64,000 nt of DNA, from positions 62,001-126,000 of the forward strand of contig QPMI01000208.1 of assembly GCA_004431415.1 (NCBI GenBank), read 5' to 3'. The position numbers and the translations under genes were made by a program. Positions 1 to 12,275 of the stretch are shown here, one piece after another. The notes beneath the pieces are model-generated. The model made no database searches. It saw nothing but the letters and a program-made list of their open reading frames with translations, and was not told the origin of the DNA. Origin of the DNA: Cyanophora paradoxa CCMP329. Its lineage: Eukaryota > Plantae > Glaucophyta. Within the stretch, counting starts at the first letter, position 1; each line of letters begins with the position of its first letter.

Positions 1-1096
1 GTATGCATATATATAGATGCGCAGCTGGTGGGGGGCCAGGGGCCGGTGGGGCCGCGGGACGTGCCGGAGCCCAGGGCCAGCGCTAGCTGCAGCTGCAGGG
101 CATGCCGGGGGCGGCGGGGGGTGGGCGGGGCCGGCGCTGCAGACTGCATACGCAGCGTGGCGCCGCCCACCCCCCGCTGCAGACCCCCGCCCGCTGCATC
201 CGCGCGCGCGCCACGAGGATCCGCTGCAAACCGGCGCGGATCCTCGTGGCGCGCGCGCCGCCGGGCCGCGCGCGTGCACCGTCGCGCGCGCGCGCGCACC
301 CCTGATATCGATCCGCACGCCGCTGCGAGGCTCGCGCGAGCTAGCGAGCCTGCTGCGCTGTCCTATCTAGAGCGCCCGCGCTGCCTGTATACGTAGCTGC
401 TTCCGGGCTGCGAGCGCTCCCTGGCCGCCGGGCTCGCGCACAGGGCCGAGCTCGAGGCTAGATAGCGGCTGCTAGCCCGCGCGGCTAGCTAGGAGCGCCC
501 TAGCTAGAGCGCTACTAGGCTAGCTAGCCGTGCCTGGCCCATGGCAGCTTGCGCCGGCACATCGAATCGATGTGCGCGCCCATTGGCCAGATCTCGTGTG
601 ACTCATGGGCCGCGGCACAGCCGGCACACCAGGACACATGGATGATCAAAACAACACGAGGCCTGGTGTGGAAAAGTGATTTCCACACGGGTATCATTTC
701 CACACGGAACACACGTGCCGCGGAGCGCGCTCCAGCGCCCTGCAGCCCGTAGCCCTGAAGCTCGCATGCGCAGAGGCCCATCGATCGACGTGCTGCACTG
801 CTAAATTAAAAAGTCTGCTCAAAGAGACTGCTTTCCCTTGGGGGGTACAGACCTTAATTTGTGCGTCATCGGGAGCCCGATTCTCCCGCTCTTTCCGCAG
901 CTTTATACAACTTTTAAAGCGAGTGAGAAAGAGCAACTCTTTAAACAACTGGTTTTCAGCTCTCGCCTTGCTTCCCGCGTGAGAACCCAGCGCAGCAGCC
1001 GCAGCGGCTGCCCGCAGCTGCTGGTGAGACCGCTTGAATCTTTCTGCTTAGATTGTAGCACTGGCGCGGGTGGCGCGAGGCCGAGCTGGCGCGGCC

Positions 1097-3005
1097 ATGC
1101 CGCCCAGCCTGTTGGAGGCGGCGGAAGCGCTCGGGAGCGCCGACGAGTCCTCCACCGACGCGGATGGACCCTCTGGAGCGACTTCGGCAAGTGGCTGCGG
1201 CCTCAACGACATCGCTCGTGCGTCGAAGATCGAAAGGAGACGAGCACGGGAGCGCGAGAGCGCCAGGAGGTCCCGCCGGCGCAAGAAGGAGCAGATGGAC
1301 ACTCTGGAGCAGCGTGTTAGACAGTTACAAGAGGAGAACAGGCAGCTGCAGCTCCGAAAGGCGCACCGAGATCTAATCGTCCTCAACGAGTTGTACGCGC
1401 ATCAGATAAACACTCTCAAGCAGATGGTTCACAGCCCTCTGCTGCGTATAGAAGCTAGCTTCTGACGGCTGACGGTTCCCGGCAGGTCTCCTCGGGCCTG
1501 CCGGACCCGATGGCGTTGCAGCACACCGTGGGCACGGCCATGAAGCTGGCAAACGACCGCCGCGTCGTCGTGCGCAACATGCTGGAGGACCTTCAGCAGA
1601 TCCTCGAGGTTCGCCGCCGCCCGCTGGCCCCCGCACGCCGAGCGCCCCTTCGCCCGCCGAGCGGCCCCGCGCGGCAGCCGATCTACCGGACGGAGGCGAT
1701 GTGGTGGATCGTGGAGGGCATCGGGAAGTACGATCCAGACGAGGAGCTGCCGATCACCTCGCCGACCGCCGCCGGGGCGCCCAGCGGCAGCCGCGGCTCC
1801 GTGAGGTCGATCCTCTGCGAGCGCCGCGGCTCGCGCAGCGCCACACGCGCCGCCTCGGCTGCCGCCTCCCCGGAGCCGCAGACGGGCGGCGAGGACACCG
1901 ACGGGGCGCCGGCGCCGGGGGACGTGCCATTCCGGGAGACGCTGCCGCCCATCGGCGAGGGCGAGGGCGCGAAGGAGATCGTGCGGAGGGTGGTCAAGGC
2001 GATGGACGTGAACCGGTACCAGCACATGCAGGCGCACCTGTGGATCAGCACGCACTGCAACCTGCTGGAGCGCTGCCGCGGGCTCTACCAGGAGATGAAG
2101 CAGGCCGTGCACCGCCTCCAGCAGCTCCGCGTCGAGCACGAGCACGGCTACGCCGACCTCCTCGAGGCCCTCAAGACCGGCCCGCCCCGCCCGCCCCCGC
2201 CCGCCCCGCCCGCCCCGCCCGCCCCGCCGCCCCGCCCCGCCCTGACGCGCCGCCCCCGCCGGCAGAGATCGAACCGGCAATCAGCATCCCCCAGTACGCC
2301 CAGTTCATGCTCTTCGCGGTGAGGCGGGGCCCCGCGGGGCCGCTCGCGCGCCCTCCGGGGCGGCGCCTGACGCGGAGCACGGGGCACGGCAGGACAAGTA
2401 CGCGGCGACGGTCCTGCAGCTCGTCGGGATCGACCCCGCACGCATGCGCTCCCCCATCCCGCCCCCGTCCATGGTCACCGCGCCCCGGCCGCCCCTGCCG
2501 CCCCCCCTGCCCCGCGGCTTCCTGCCAGCCGGCGGCGAGGCCCTCCCCTCCCCCGGCCCCAGCAGCGCCGTCCTTCCCCCGCCGCCTCTCGACGGCCCGC
2601 CGCCGGCCAAGCGCGCGCGCGCCTCCGAAGCCCCACTGGTGCGTTCGCTCCCCGCCCTCACACGGCGCCCCGCCACCGACCCGGCCGCCTCGCAGCCGAC
2701 GGTGGGCGGGAAGCTCGAGCTTCCAGTGGGGGGCGAGACGGCGGCGTGGCCGGCGGCGATCGCGGCGCCGGGGGCGGCGGAGGCCTGGCCCAACGGCGCG
2801 CACGTGCCGCCGCTCGTGCCGAAGATGGAGCCCGTCGTCTTCGCCCCCGCCCCCGTCTCGGCCCCGTACCCGGTGCAGCCCTCGCGCCCCGGCGAAATGC
2901 CGACCATCGCGTGCGGCCCCCCTCGCCCCCCACGCGTCCCGTGCCCCGCGCCCCGCTTGACGCCCGCCCAGTGAGATGCTCGCCCAGCTCCGGGACGTTA
3001 TCTAG
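1097..3005 (+). CDS. bZIP transcription factor, about 6 exons, Pro-rich C-terminus
   Basis: Basic region plus zipper ERRRARERESARRSRRRKKEQMDTLEQRVRQLQEENRQLQ. Exons join through short GT/GC-AG introns (e.g. 2180-2265 GC-AG). Stop TAG at 3003-3005. Confidence 0.85.
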
Positions 3006-4184
3006 ACTCGTCCCCCCGCGCTCCGCTTTCTTTCGTTCCGCCAGGCAGCGACACAGCACGCTGACTTTCTTCTCTAGTTTCCGTACTTTGATGCTTGCGC
3101 TGTTCTTTTTGATTTCCCGGTCGAAATGCTCTTTTTGCGATGCCTTAGAGACTTCGTGGCAGAGCCCGTGCGCCGCGGCGTAAAAGCGCGCGCCTTTTCG
3201 AGATTTCCTTTCGCTAGTGCTAGCTAGGCCAGCTGTAGCCAGAGCCTAGCAGTTTCCGCTTTGCTTGCGTCAAGAACCAGGACCTGAGATTCGTCGATGG
3301 ACAAGGGCCTGGCACGCTGCGTTGCTGCACGCATACGTCGCCTAGCTAAAGCCGGCTACCACATCCGGATCCAGTCAAACAGAAGCTAACAGATGTGGAG
3401 AATGAGCTTTGGCGCTGCGGCCCGCGGCCCGCGGCGGCGGCGGCGGCGGCGGCCCGGCCCCCGGCCTGCCCCGCGGGCCGCGGCCCCCGCAATTGCAACT
3501 CGGCGCCGACATCCCCGACCGGTACCGGCGGCCGCGGTACGGCGGTAGTAGCCGCGGTACCGGTACCGGTACCGCGATTCGAATTCGCGATCGCGCGCTC
3601 CGCGATGAACTTACCCACATGCATCTTTGGCTCTTGTAGAGAGACGGGGGTACACTGTAAACGCAGTGACTCCACGGTGGCCGTCGATCGTCGGGCCGGG
3701 ATCTGTGGTCGGGCTTCGCACTGTGAGAGGCCCGCGTCGGCGCCCGGCCCCGACGTCGACCAAGTTCGTATCTAGCGAGTGAGCACGGAGCAGGAGCGGC
3801 TATAGCTAGCCGCATCGTCATCGTAGCAACTCTTTGAGCAGCCTGCTAGCGCTCCGGCAGCTAGCGCTGAGGCAGCGCCTTGCGAGCAGGCGTCACGAGC
3901 GTTTGTATCCAACCATAGATAGACCAAGCACTTGGGAAGGCGTGGGGTTGTCTTGCAGGTGAGCATTTGCAAAGGGGCGCAGGCGCGGGGTCGCGTCTTC
4001 CAGAATGACGCCAGAGACGCGCACGGGCGCAGGTCTAGAAGCCTGAAGCTCATTCTCTGTTAGCTTCCGTTTGCTGCTTCTCTGGTGGCTTCCGGAAGCA
4101 GCAAAACCACCGGAGCTTGCGGGCGGAAGTCGAGCAGCCGAGCCCGGGCCCGTTTCTGGGCCTGGGGATCGGCCAGCAGCAGCC

Positions 4185-5249
4185 ATGGACGGCAAGAGGA
4201 TCAAACCAAAGAAGAAGGGGGGAGGCGATGGCGCGTCTGAGAACGGCGGCGGCAGCAAGAACGGTGGCGGCAGCCAGGCCAGCCATGGATCGGGCGTCTC
4301 TGGCACGTCCAGCAAGAACAACGGTGGCTTGCTGGGCATGGCGGACTATCTTTACACGGCACAGGATATGATATTCGGTGTCGTCTTTCTGGTCCGCTGA
4401 CGACCCCGACCGCGGGCTCAGCCACAGACCTGACGCTCCGTGCTCGCAGATGATGAAGGAGACTGAGCGCAAGAAGTGGCTCGCAATAGCTGAAATAGTC
4501 GCTTTCAACCTCTGGTTCCTCTTCTTCCCCCTCACAGTCTTCACGTACGGGCGCTTCGCTCCGGGCTCAGCTTTTGTGCCGCTCGGCGAGGCGATGTCAT
4601 ACCCTTTCCTACGATACTGGGACTACACTGAGTGAGTGCCGGCGCCGGCGCCTGCCTGCGCCCCGTCCCTAACGCGCCGGCCCGCAGCTACTCGGTAGTG
4701 TACTGGGTGTCCGTCGTCTTGGTGCTCCTTGTGACTGCGAACCTGGCTTTCGTGCGCGGAGGACGCGCGGCGCGCAGCGCAGCCCCGCGCGCGCGCCTGA
4801 CGGATCCCGGCCGCGGCGGCAGGTCACGTGGATCTTCCAGCGGCAAAAGTTCCGCTTCAAGGACCCGATCGTGTACCTCCGCTACTGGGCCAACGCGTGC
4901 ACCTCCTGGCTCGCCGCGCCCCTCCTCCTCATCCTCTCCCAAGTCTACAACTGCCCCCTCTCCGGCGGGCGGCACGTCAACTTCCCCCGTGCGCCGGCGC
5001 CGCGCCCGCCGAGCCGGGGGGCCGGCGGCGGGGCTGACTCGGGGGCGGGGCAGAGCTGGAGTGCTGGTCGATGGCGCACATCCCGCTGGTGGTGATCGCG
5101 GCGGTGGCGTCGCTGGCCCTCGTCATCTTCACGCTCTCCATGGCCGTCTTCTACTACGAGCCGGACCCCCGCAAGGAGCACGTCTTCACCGCCCGCCCCC
5201 ACACCCGCGCCGACTTCATCGCCCAGGCCCGCCGCCGCCCCCGCCGCCG

Positions 5250-5287
<38 letters not shown>

Positions 5288-8200
5288 CCTGAGGGGGCGC
5301 GCCGGGGCTGCAGGTGGCGCTGTACGTGATGTGCATCGAGTACTCCATCACGATTCTGCCGGAGTGGGTCTTCGGGGCGACGTACCTCGTGGCCGGCCTC
5401 GCCGTCCTGTGGTCGATGCTGCAGATGTTCCCGTACTACTGCCAGTGGGTCAACTACGTGCGGATCGGCGTCGCCTCGACGTTCACCTGGTGCGCCATCC
5501 TGGTGCTGGCGGAGAGCCAGTACGCCGAGTGGCAGGGGAACAACCTCACCCTCGCCTTCATCCTGGGCGGCCTCGCCGCGCCGGCCCTCGGCGTCGCCTT
5601 CGCGCGGTGGCGCTTCCACACGCGGTACTGCACGGGGGCGCTGGAGGGCCTGGAGATGAAGAAGCCGTGGCACGTGGAGCTGGCGACGCGCTTCCTGCTC
5701 GAGGACCGCTCGCAGCAGAGCCTCGAGCTGGCGGAGGACATCTTCCTCGAGGGCGTCGACCGCTACCAGACCTCGGCGAACGTCTACGTGTGCTACAGCA
5801 ACTACCTCTACTGGGCCCGCGGCAGCGAGCAGCTCGCCTTCGACAAGGCCCGGCAGGCCTCCAAGCTGAAGCCCCTCCCGGACCACGCCTTCTACATCTA
5901 CTGCAAGATGAACCAGCGGACGCAGTCGATGCAGGGCGGGGGCGGCAAGGGGGGCCCGAGCGGCGCCTCGGACATGCTTTCCTTCATCGAGTTCCAGAAG
6001 AACTTCAGCGGGGCGAAGAAGTACCACCGGTGCGGGGCGGCCGGGGCTGGAGGGGTGCGGTGCGGGGGCGGGGCTGAGGCGCCGGCGCAGGCACGCCGTG
6101 CGGTCGTTCAAGAAGTTCTGGATGATGCTGCTCACGGAGGAGACGGACATGCGGCAGCTCGAGGCCGCCGTCTCCCGCATCGACCGCTTCGAGTCCCGCG
6201 CCCAGAACTTCTACCGCAACCTCCTCTCCAAGCACCCCAACAACCCCCGCATCCTCCGCGCCTACGGCAAATGTGCGGCCCGCGCGCCCCCCCCCCTCCT
6301 CTCTCTCTCCCTCCTCCCCTCTGACGGGGCCGGCGGCTGCAGTCCACGAGGAGGTGCTGAACGACGTCCTCTCCGCCCAAGACTTCTACGACGCCGGTGC
6401 GCCCGCCCTCCGAGCCGGCCCCCGTGGCGGCGGCCCCTCCGCCGAGCCGCGGCGCGCGCGCAGCGGACGAGTTCGAGGACGCGAACGTTGTGGCGACGAT
6501 CGACATGGACGAGGAGGAGGAGGAGGACATGGACCACGAGCTGGGGCAGGTCGTCACCACGCAGAAGGTCGTGGGCAACATCTTCGAGCAGGCCCGCGCC
6601 GAGCAGCAGCAGGCCGTCACCGTCGTCTCCAAGGGCGGCGGCTCCGTGCCCGTGCGCTCGGCGCTCAAGGGCGGGCGCGCGGACGTGACGCAGCTGGGCG
6701 GGTGGGCGGCGGACACGACCTTCGAGGTGCCCGACCCGAACGCGGCGACCAAGAAGACGGCGCGGGAGCCCAAGGACCCCCTCGCCTCGTCCCGCCACGC
6801 CAAGGAGCACAAGGAGGGCGAGGAGGCGCACCACACGCACCGCGGCGAGGGGCACCACACGCACCGCACCGACGGCCACGCCACCGCCCGCAGCGAGAAG
6901 CGCAAGAGCAACCGCAGCAAGCACGGCGTGCGCCGCGCCCTCCGCGCGCCCTCCGCGCCGTGCCTCACGCGCGGCGGCGGCGCAGGAGGAGCTCGAGATG
7001 AAGGACGCGAGCGACGAGGAGGAGGCCGGCAAGGGCGAGGCGGCGCAGGGCGAGGAGGAGGAAGAGGGCGAGAAGTACACCGCGCCCAAGGCCGCCGACC
7101 AGTCGGGGATCGACCTGATGCACGGCTTCGGCACGGAGGGCGTCGGGCGCCCGCCGGCGAAGCGGCGCGCGCCCACCAGCACCCAGATGCTCATCGCCGA
7201 GGCCAAGGTGCCCTTTCTGCATTCAAACGCCCCGCCCGACGCCGGGGCTCAGGGGCCGGGCAGGTGGAGCTGGCGGCCTCGGAGGAGACGCGGGCGATGT
7301 CGGCGCAGGGCGGGTCGCGGGCGAAGGGGGCGCGGACGAGCCCGCGGCGGAGCCTGCAGACGGGGGAGGGCCTGAAGACGTCGATCATCTTCGACGGGGA
7401 GCTGGTGGTGCAGGACGTGGATATGTACTTCAGCGTCGTGTTCGGGCACGACGAGGACGTCCGCGGGCGGCCCCTCGGCGACTTCCTCCCCGCCTTCACC
7501 CGCCCCAAGGGCGCCCCCGCCCCGCTCGGCGGCCTCCCCGGCGCCGCCAACGCCTCCCCGGGGCCCGCCGGCCCGAAGCGCTCGGTGGCCTCGGTGCTGG
7601 GTGAGGAGGCCTACGACGGGGCCGGCGCGCTGAAGAACGCGCTGGCGCGGCGGGACGACGGGAGCACCTTCCTGGCCGCGCTGGAGCCCTGGGAGATGGA
7701 GGTCGGCGACTCGCGCCTCTACCAGGTCACCGTCCGCCGCGCCGAGGTGCGGGAGAACGGAGGCGGCCGGCCCCGGGCTGCGGCCGGCGAAGCTGACGGG
7801 GCGCAGGGCTCCCCCGGGTCGCGCCCGTCGTCGCGGAGCGCCGCGGCGGGCGGCGGGGCGCAGGCGGCGGCAGTCACCCTCCTGGCGGTCCCCGAGCACT
7901 CCCGCCCCGCGAGCGTGGCGAGCAGCGCGGCGCCCGCCGGGCCCACGGCGGACCCGCCCCAGTGGCAGGCCCTCCAGCGGCCCTCCATCGCCGCCTCGGA
8001 GAACGGCCTCGAGAGCCTGCTCGCCGACGTGCGCTCGGGCCCCGCGGCGGGGCCGGCCGGGCCGCGGGCCGCCTCTGACGCCCCCCACGCGCAGCTCCGC
8101 GCCAACTCGGACGCGGCGAACGCCGGGGGGGCGCACGTCCTCTCCAAGTGGGGCCTCGACGAGGAGGACGAGGAGGAGGACAGCGGGGCGGGGACGGGGA

Positions 8201-11200
8201 CGGGCCAGGGCTCGCACGCCTCTCGGGACAGCGACATCGTCGTGCCGCTGAGCGAGAGCACGGGCCTGAAGCAGCGCAAGAAGGGCCGCCCGGGCTCCTC
8301 CGGCTCCGACTCGTCCTTCAAGAAGCCCCTCCCCATCGTCGAGCCGGCGGCCAAGCCCGTCGTCGCCAAGCCGACGGCGGCGGCGCTGGCGGCGCTGGCG
8401 GGCGGGGGGCCCGTGGGCGGCAAGGCCAAGGCGAAGGGCTCGGACGCCGGCGGCTCGGACGACGAGCACGCGCACGAGCACGAGGAGGAGGGCAAGGGCG
8501 GCGGCTCGGACAAGGGCAGCGAGGAGGGGAGCGGCAGCGGCTCGGAGGAGGGCGGGGGCGGCGAGGAGGCCCAGCAGCGCGCCAAGCGCCGCCTGAAGAA
8601 GCTGAACGCCCTCAAGCGCCGCGTCGCCGCCGCGCACACCACCCACAACACCGCCATCAAGTGCGCCGCGCTCCGCGACGCCCCCGGCCCTCCCTCTCCA
8701 GGCGCTGACGGCGGAGGCAGGCGGATGCGGCGGGTGGTCTACCTGGTGCTGATCGTGCTGGCCGGCGCCGCGCTCCTCGGCTACTTCTTCATCAAGAACC
8801 TCCTCGACACCTACATGGTTTGCGGCGCGGCGCCCCGCGCGAGGCGGTGCTGGGGGCGCTGAGGGGCGGGGGCGCAGCTGGGGATCCAGCTGGTGGGGGA
8901 CACGGGCGGGCGGCGGCGCACGGGCAACATGGCTGTCTACGCCCTCCGCTCCGTCCTCCTCCACGTCCGCCCCCGCCCCCGCCCCCGCCCCCGCCCCCGC
9001 CCCCGCCCCCGCCGCCTTGCGAGCGCCGTGCGCAGGGGCACCCCGAGTGGGACCCGGAGAAGAAGATGCTGCAGGAGTGGGCGGGGCAGCTCGAGGCGAA
9101 CCTGGACCGCATGGAGGAGAACCACCTCCACCTCTCCGACTTCTTCACCAAGCAGGCCCGCCCCGCCCCTGCCGCTCCCCGCCCCCCGCCCCCGGCGAGC
9201 GCCGGGTGCGCGCAGGACTTCAGCGTGCGGCGGATCCTCTCGGACGGGGGCGAGACGGGGATGGCCGTCGACGACATGTGGAACGCCGGCTTCGAGGCGC
9301 GCCCGCCGCCGCCCGCGCCGCGCCGCCGGCCCCTGACGCGGGGGCGCGGGGGGCAGATTGTGGACGCGGGGCGGCGGGCGCTGGACCGGATCCGGACGGA
9401 GGGGATCGACGCGGTGCGCAAGAACCGGATCCACCCGCAGGCCGGCCTCGACGACCCCGACATCTACTTCCTCATGAACGCGCGCCCCGGCCCCCGCCCC
9501 GCCCCCCGCCCCCCTGGCCCCCCTGGCCCCCCGGCCCCGCCTGACCCCGCAGCGCCGCGCAGAACACGATCGAGCGCATCCGCCTCAAGTTCATCGAGGC
9601 GGCGGACATCACCGTCGACGCGGCCGAGAGCCTCTTCGGCAACATCCGGTGCGCCCCGCCGGCCGCCCGCTCCGCCGCCGCCGCCCGGGCGCGAGGCGAG
9701 GCGGCGGGGGCGCGGGGCAGGACCTTCCTGTACATTGAGATCTGCCTCGTGACGGTCCTGATCGTGGTCCTGGCGCTGGGCTTCTTCCGCCCCACCATCC
9801 TCCGCGTCCAGGGCGAGAAGGAGCGCGCCCTCCTCCTCTTCTACGAGGTCCGCCCCCGGCCCCGAGCGCCCGGGCGAGGGCCCGCCCGCGCTCGCTCGCT
9901 CAGGGGGCGGGGTGCAGATCCCGCGGGCGACGGTGGCGCGGATGGCGGGCCTGGGGAAGAAGTCGGCGGACGACGAGGACGAGGAGGACATGGACGACGA
10001 CGACTTCGACGTGCGACCCGCCCCGCCCCGCCGCCCGCCCCGCCCCGCCCCGCCGCCCCTGACGGGGGCCCCGTGCAGGACGACTTCGAGGAGATGGACG
10101 CGGCCAAGGCGGGGCAGGGCGGCAAGGAGGCCGGCAAGGAGAAGGAGCGCTCGGCGGAGGACAAGGCGAAGCACATCCGCGAGCGCATGCAGGCCCGCAA
10201 GCGCGGCGTCGACGCCGTCACCATCAAGTGCGGGAGCCGTGCCCCCGCCCCGCTCCGCGCGTCGCGTCCTGCCTGACGCGAGGCGGCCAGGTACACGGTG
10301 GCCTTCTTCGCCCTCTTCGCCGTCTTCCTCGCCTGGTTCGTCGTCTCCTACGTCTACTCCGCCAAGGTCCGCCCCCCGCCTCCCCCCGCCCCTGCACCCG
10401 TCGCGTGACGGGCCCGGGGGCGCAGTGCTACTCGTTCGCGCGGGAGCGGAACCTCTCGGGGCTGCGGCGGAGCACGCCGGCGGCGATGCAGTACTACGCG
10501 CGGGAGCTGATCTTCGACCCCGACGCCTACGACTTCAACCTCGAGATGCTCAAGAAGCACACGCACGAGACGGAGGAGCTCGAGCGGGGCCTCCTCTACG
10601 GCTCGGAGCACCTCAAGCTGCCCGGCTCGGCGATGCGCTTCAAGGCGCAGGACGAGCTGATGTTCGGCAAGCCGTGCGCCTCGGACCCCAAGGGCTGCAC
10701 CAACTCGGCCGACAACGGCGTCCACCGCCTCCTCATGCGCTTCATCCAGGCCCGCCCCCGCCCCCGCCGCCCCCTCGGCCACTCCCCGGCCCCTCGCTGA
10801 CTGCCCCGCAGGAGGCGACCTTCCTCATCGACTCGCCCCGCGAGCTGCTCACGCCGAACAACACGCACCTCAAGTACATGAAGTCGGTGGGGCTGGAGGA
10901 CAAGAGCCAGGGGATCCACGGCGACCTCGACCTGGGCCTGCGCCACAGCGTCACCATCTTCGAGGAGGAGGCCAAGACGACCGTCGGCGAGTTCCTCCTC
11001 TACCACCAGGTGCCCCCGCCGGGGCCTCTCGGGCGGGGCCGGGGCCGGGGCCGAGGCGGGGGGCGGGGCGGGCGCAGATGATGATGGGGCTCACGTTCCT
11101 CACGATCGTGCTCTCGTACCTCCTCGTCTTCCGCGTCATCGTCTCCGCCCTCAACGACGAGTCCCGCCGCACCACCTTCCTCATGCGTGCGTCCCCCGCC

Positions 11201-11334
11201 CCGCCCCCGCCCCCGCCTCCGCCTTGCCCCTCCCCCGCCCCCGCCTTGCCCCTGATTGGCCGGCAGTGATGGTGCCCCCGGAGGTCATCGAGTCCTGCGA
11301 CTCGATCCGCGCGTACCTCCTCAGCCGCATGTAG
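4185..11334 (+). CDS. TmcB/TmcC-like multipass membrane protein with TPR-like region and PAS domain, about 25 introns
   Basis: N-terminal TM cluster, then KPWHVELATRF and helical repeats (NFYRNLLSKHPNNPRILRAYG). PAS-like segment at ~7375-7745 (FSVVFGH..VRGRPLGDFLP..ARRDDGSTFLA). C-terminal TM pairs end in ESRRTTFLMLMVPPEV. Spliced by eye. Confidence 0.8.
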
Positions 11335-12275
11335 GCGCGCCTTCTGTAGGGACCGCTTCTCGCCCGCCAGATGCTTCTTTCAACATTCACTTATGTATTC
11401 TAGATCTGTAGCCGGCCGGCCCCCTCGGGGGTTGTAGTTCGCCGCTGCCGAGCGCCTGTAAATACCGACCGTGTTTGACGTCGTGGCTCCGACGAGACTA
11501 ACGCGTCGTCTTTAATTGATCGTATAAATTGTATGCAGGAGTTTAGGAAGCTTGCTTTCAAGTGTTCTCTCTATCGCAGTTTGTCCAGTGTCTAGAGTGC
11601 TTGTCGATTTTCAGTCGCGTGTCAGTGTGATTTCAATTTGCAACACGTTTACATGTGCTGAGAGCGAGGCACTGCGGCACACGCTCTGCGTGCACGCGCG
11701 CGCTATAGCTAGCGCGCGCTGCGCGGCCGGCGACGGCGCCGCACGGGGCCGCGGATCCGATCGCGAGTTGGCGCCGGCCGCAGCGACCGTCGGACCGCGA
11801 CCGTCGATTGGACGTCAAAGCGCTATATATATATAGCTAGCAGGCCGGCGCCGGCGCGCGACGCGCGCATCATGCATATGCATATGCATGTGGGAATTGC
11901 AAGAATTCGAATCGATATCGAACGTTAACTTCAGAAAAAGCTGCAGCTGCGCCGCGCGCGGGCCGCGGCTGCGGGCCGGGCCGGGGGGCGCCTGCGCGCG
12001 CCTGCCAGGCTGCATGCTCGATGCGCGATATCATCATAGTATGTCATAGTATCATAGTCGATGCTGCAGCCTGCGCGCGCGCGGCCGCGCGGCAGCGCTA
12101 GCGCAACGCCATGATGTATGCGCGTTGGATATCGATAATACATATCGATAGCATCGAAGTCGCCGGCCTTCGCTCGATCGATATCAGCCTGCATCTGCAG
12201 CTGCGCGCGGCAGCGCTGTAGCTAGCGGAAGGCGTACCCCCCCGCCCGGATCGAGACCTCACAATCCTACTGCGG

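Noticed and set aside
5249-5285. Long poly-C tract
   Set aside because: Inside an intron; low-complexity or poorly resolved sequence.
7249-8964. Long antisense and alternative-frame ORFs throughout the window
   Set aside because: These are shadows of GC-rich coding sequence with few stop codons and carry no motifs.
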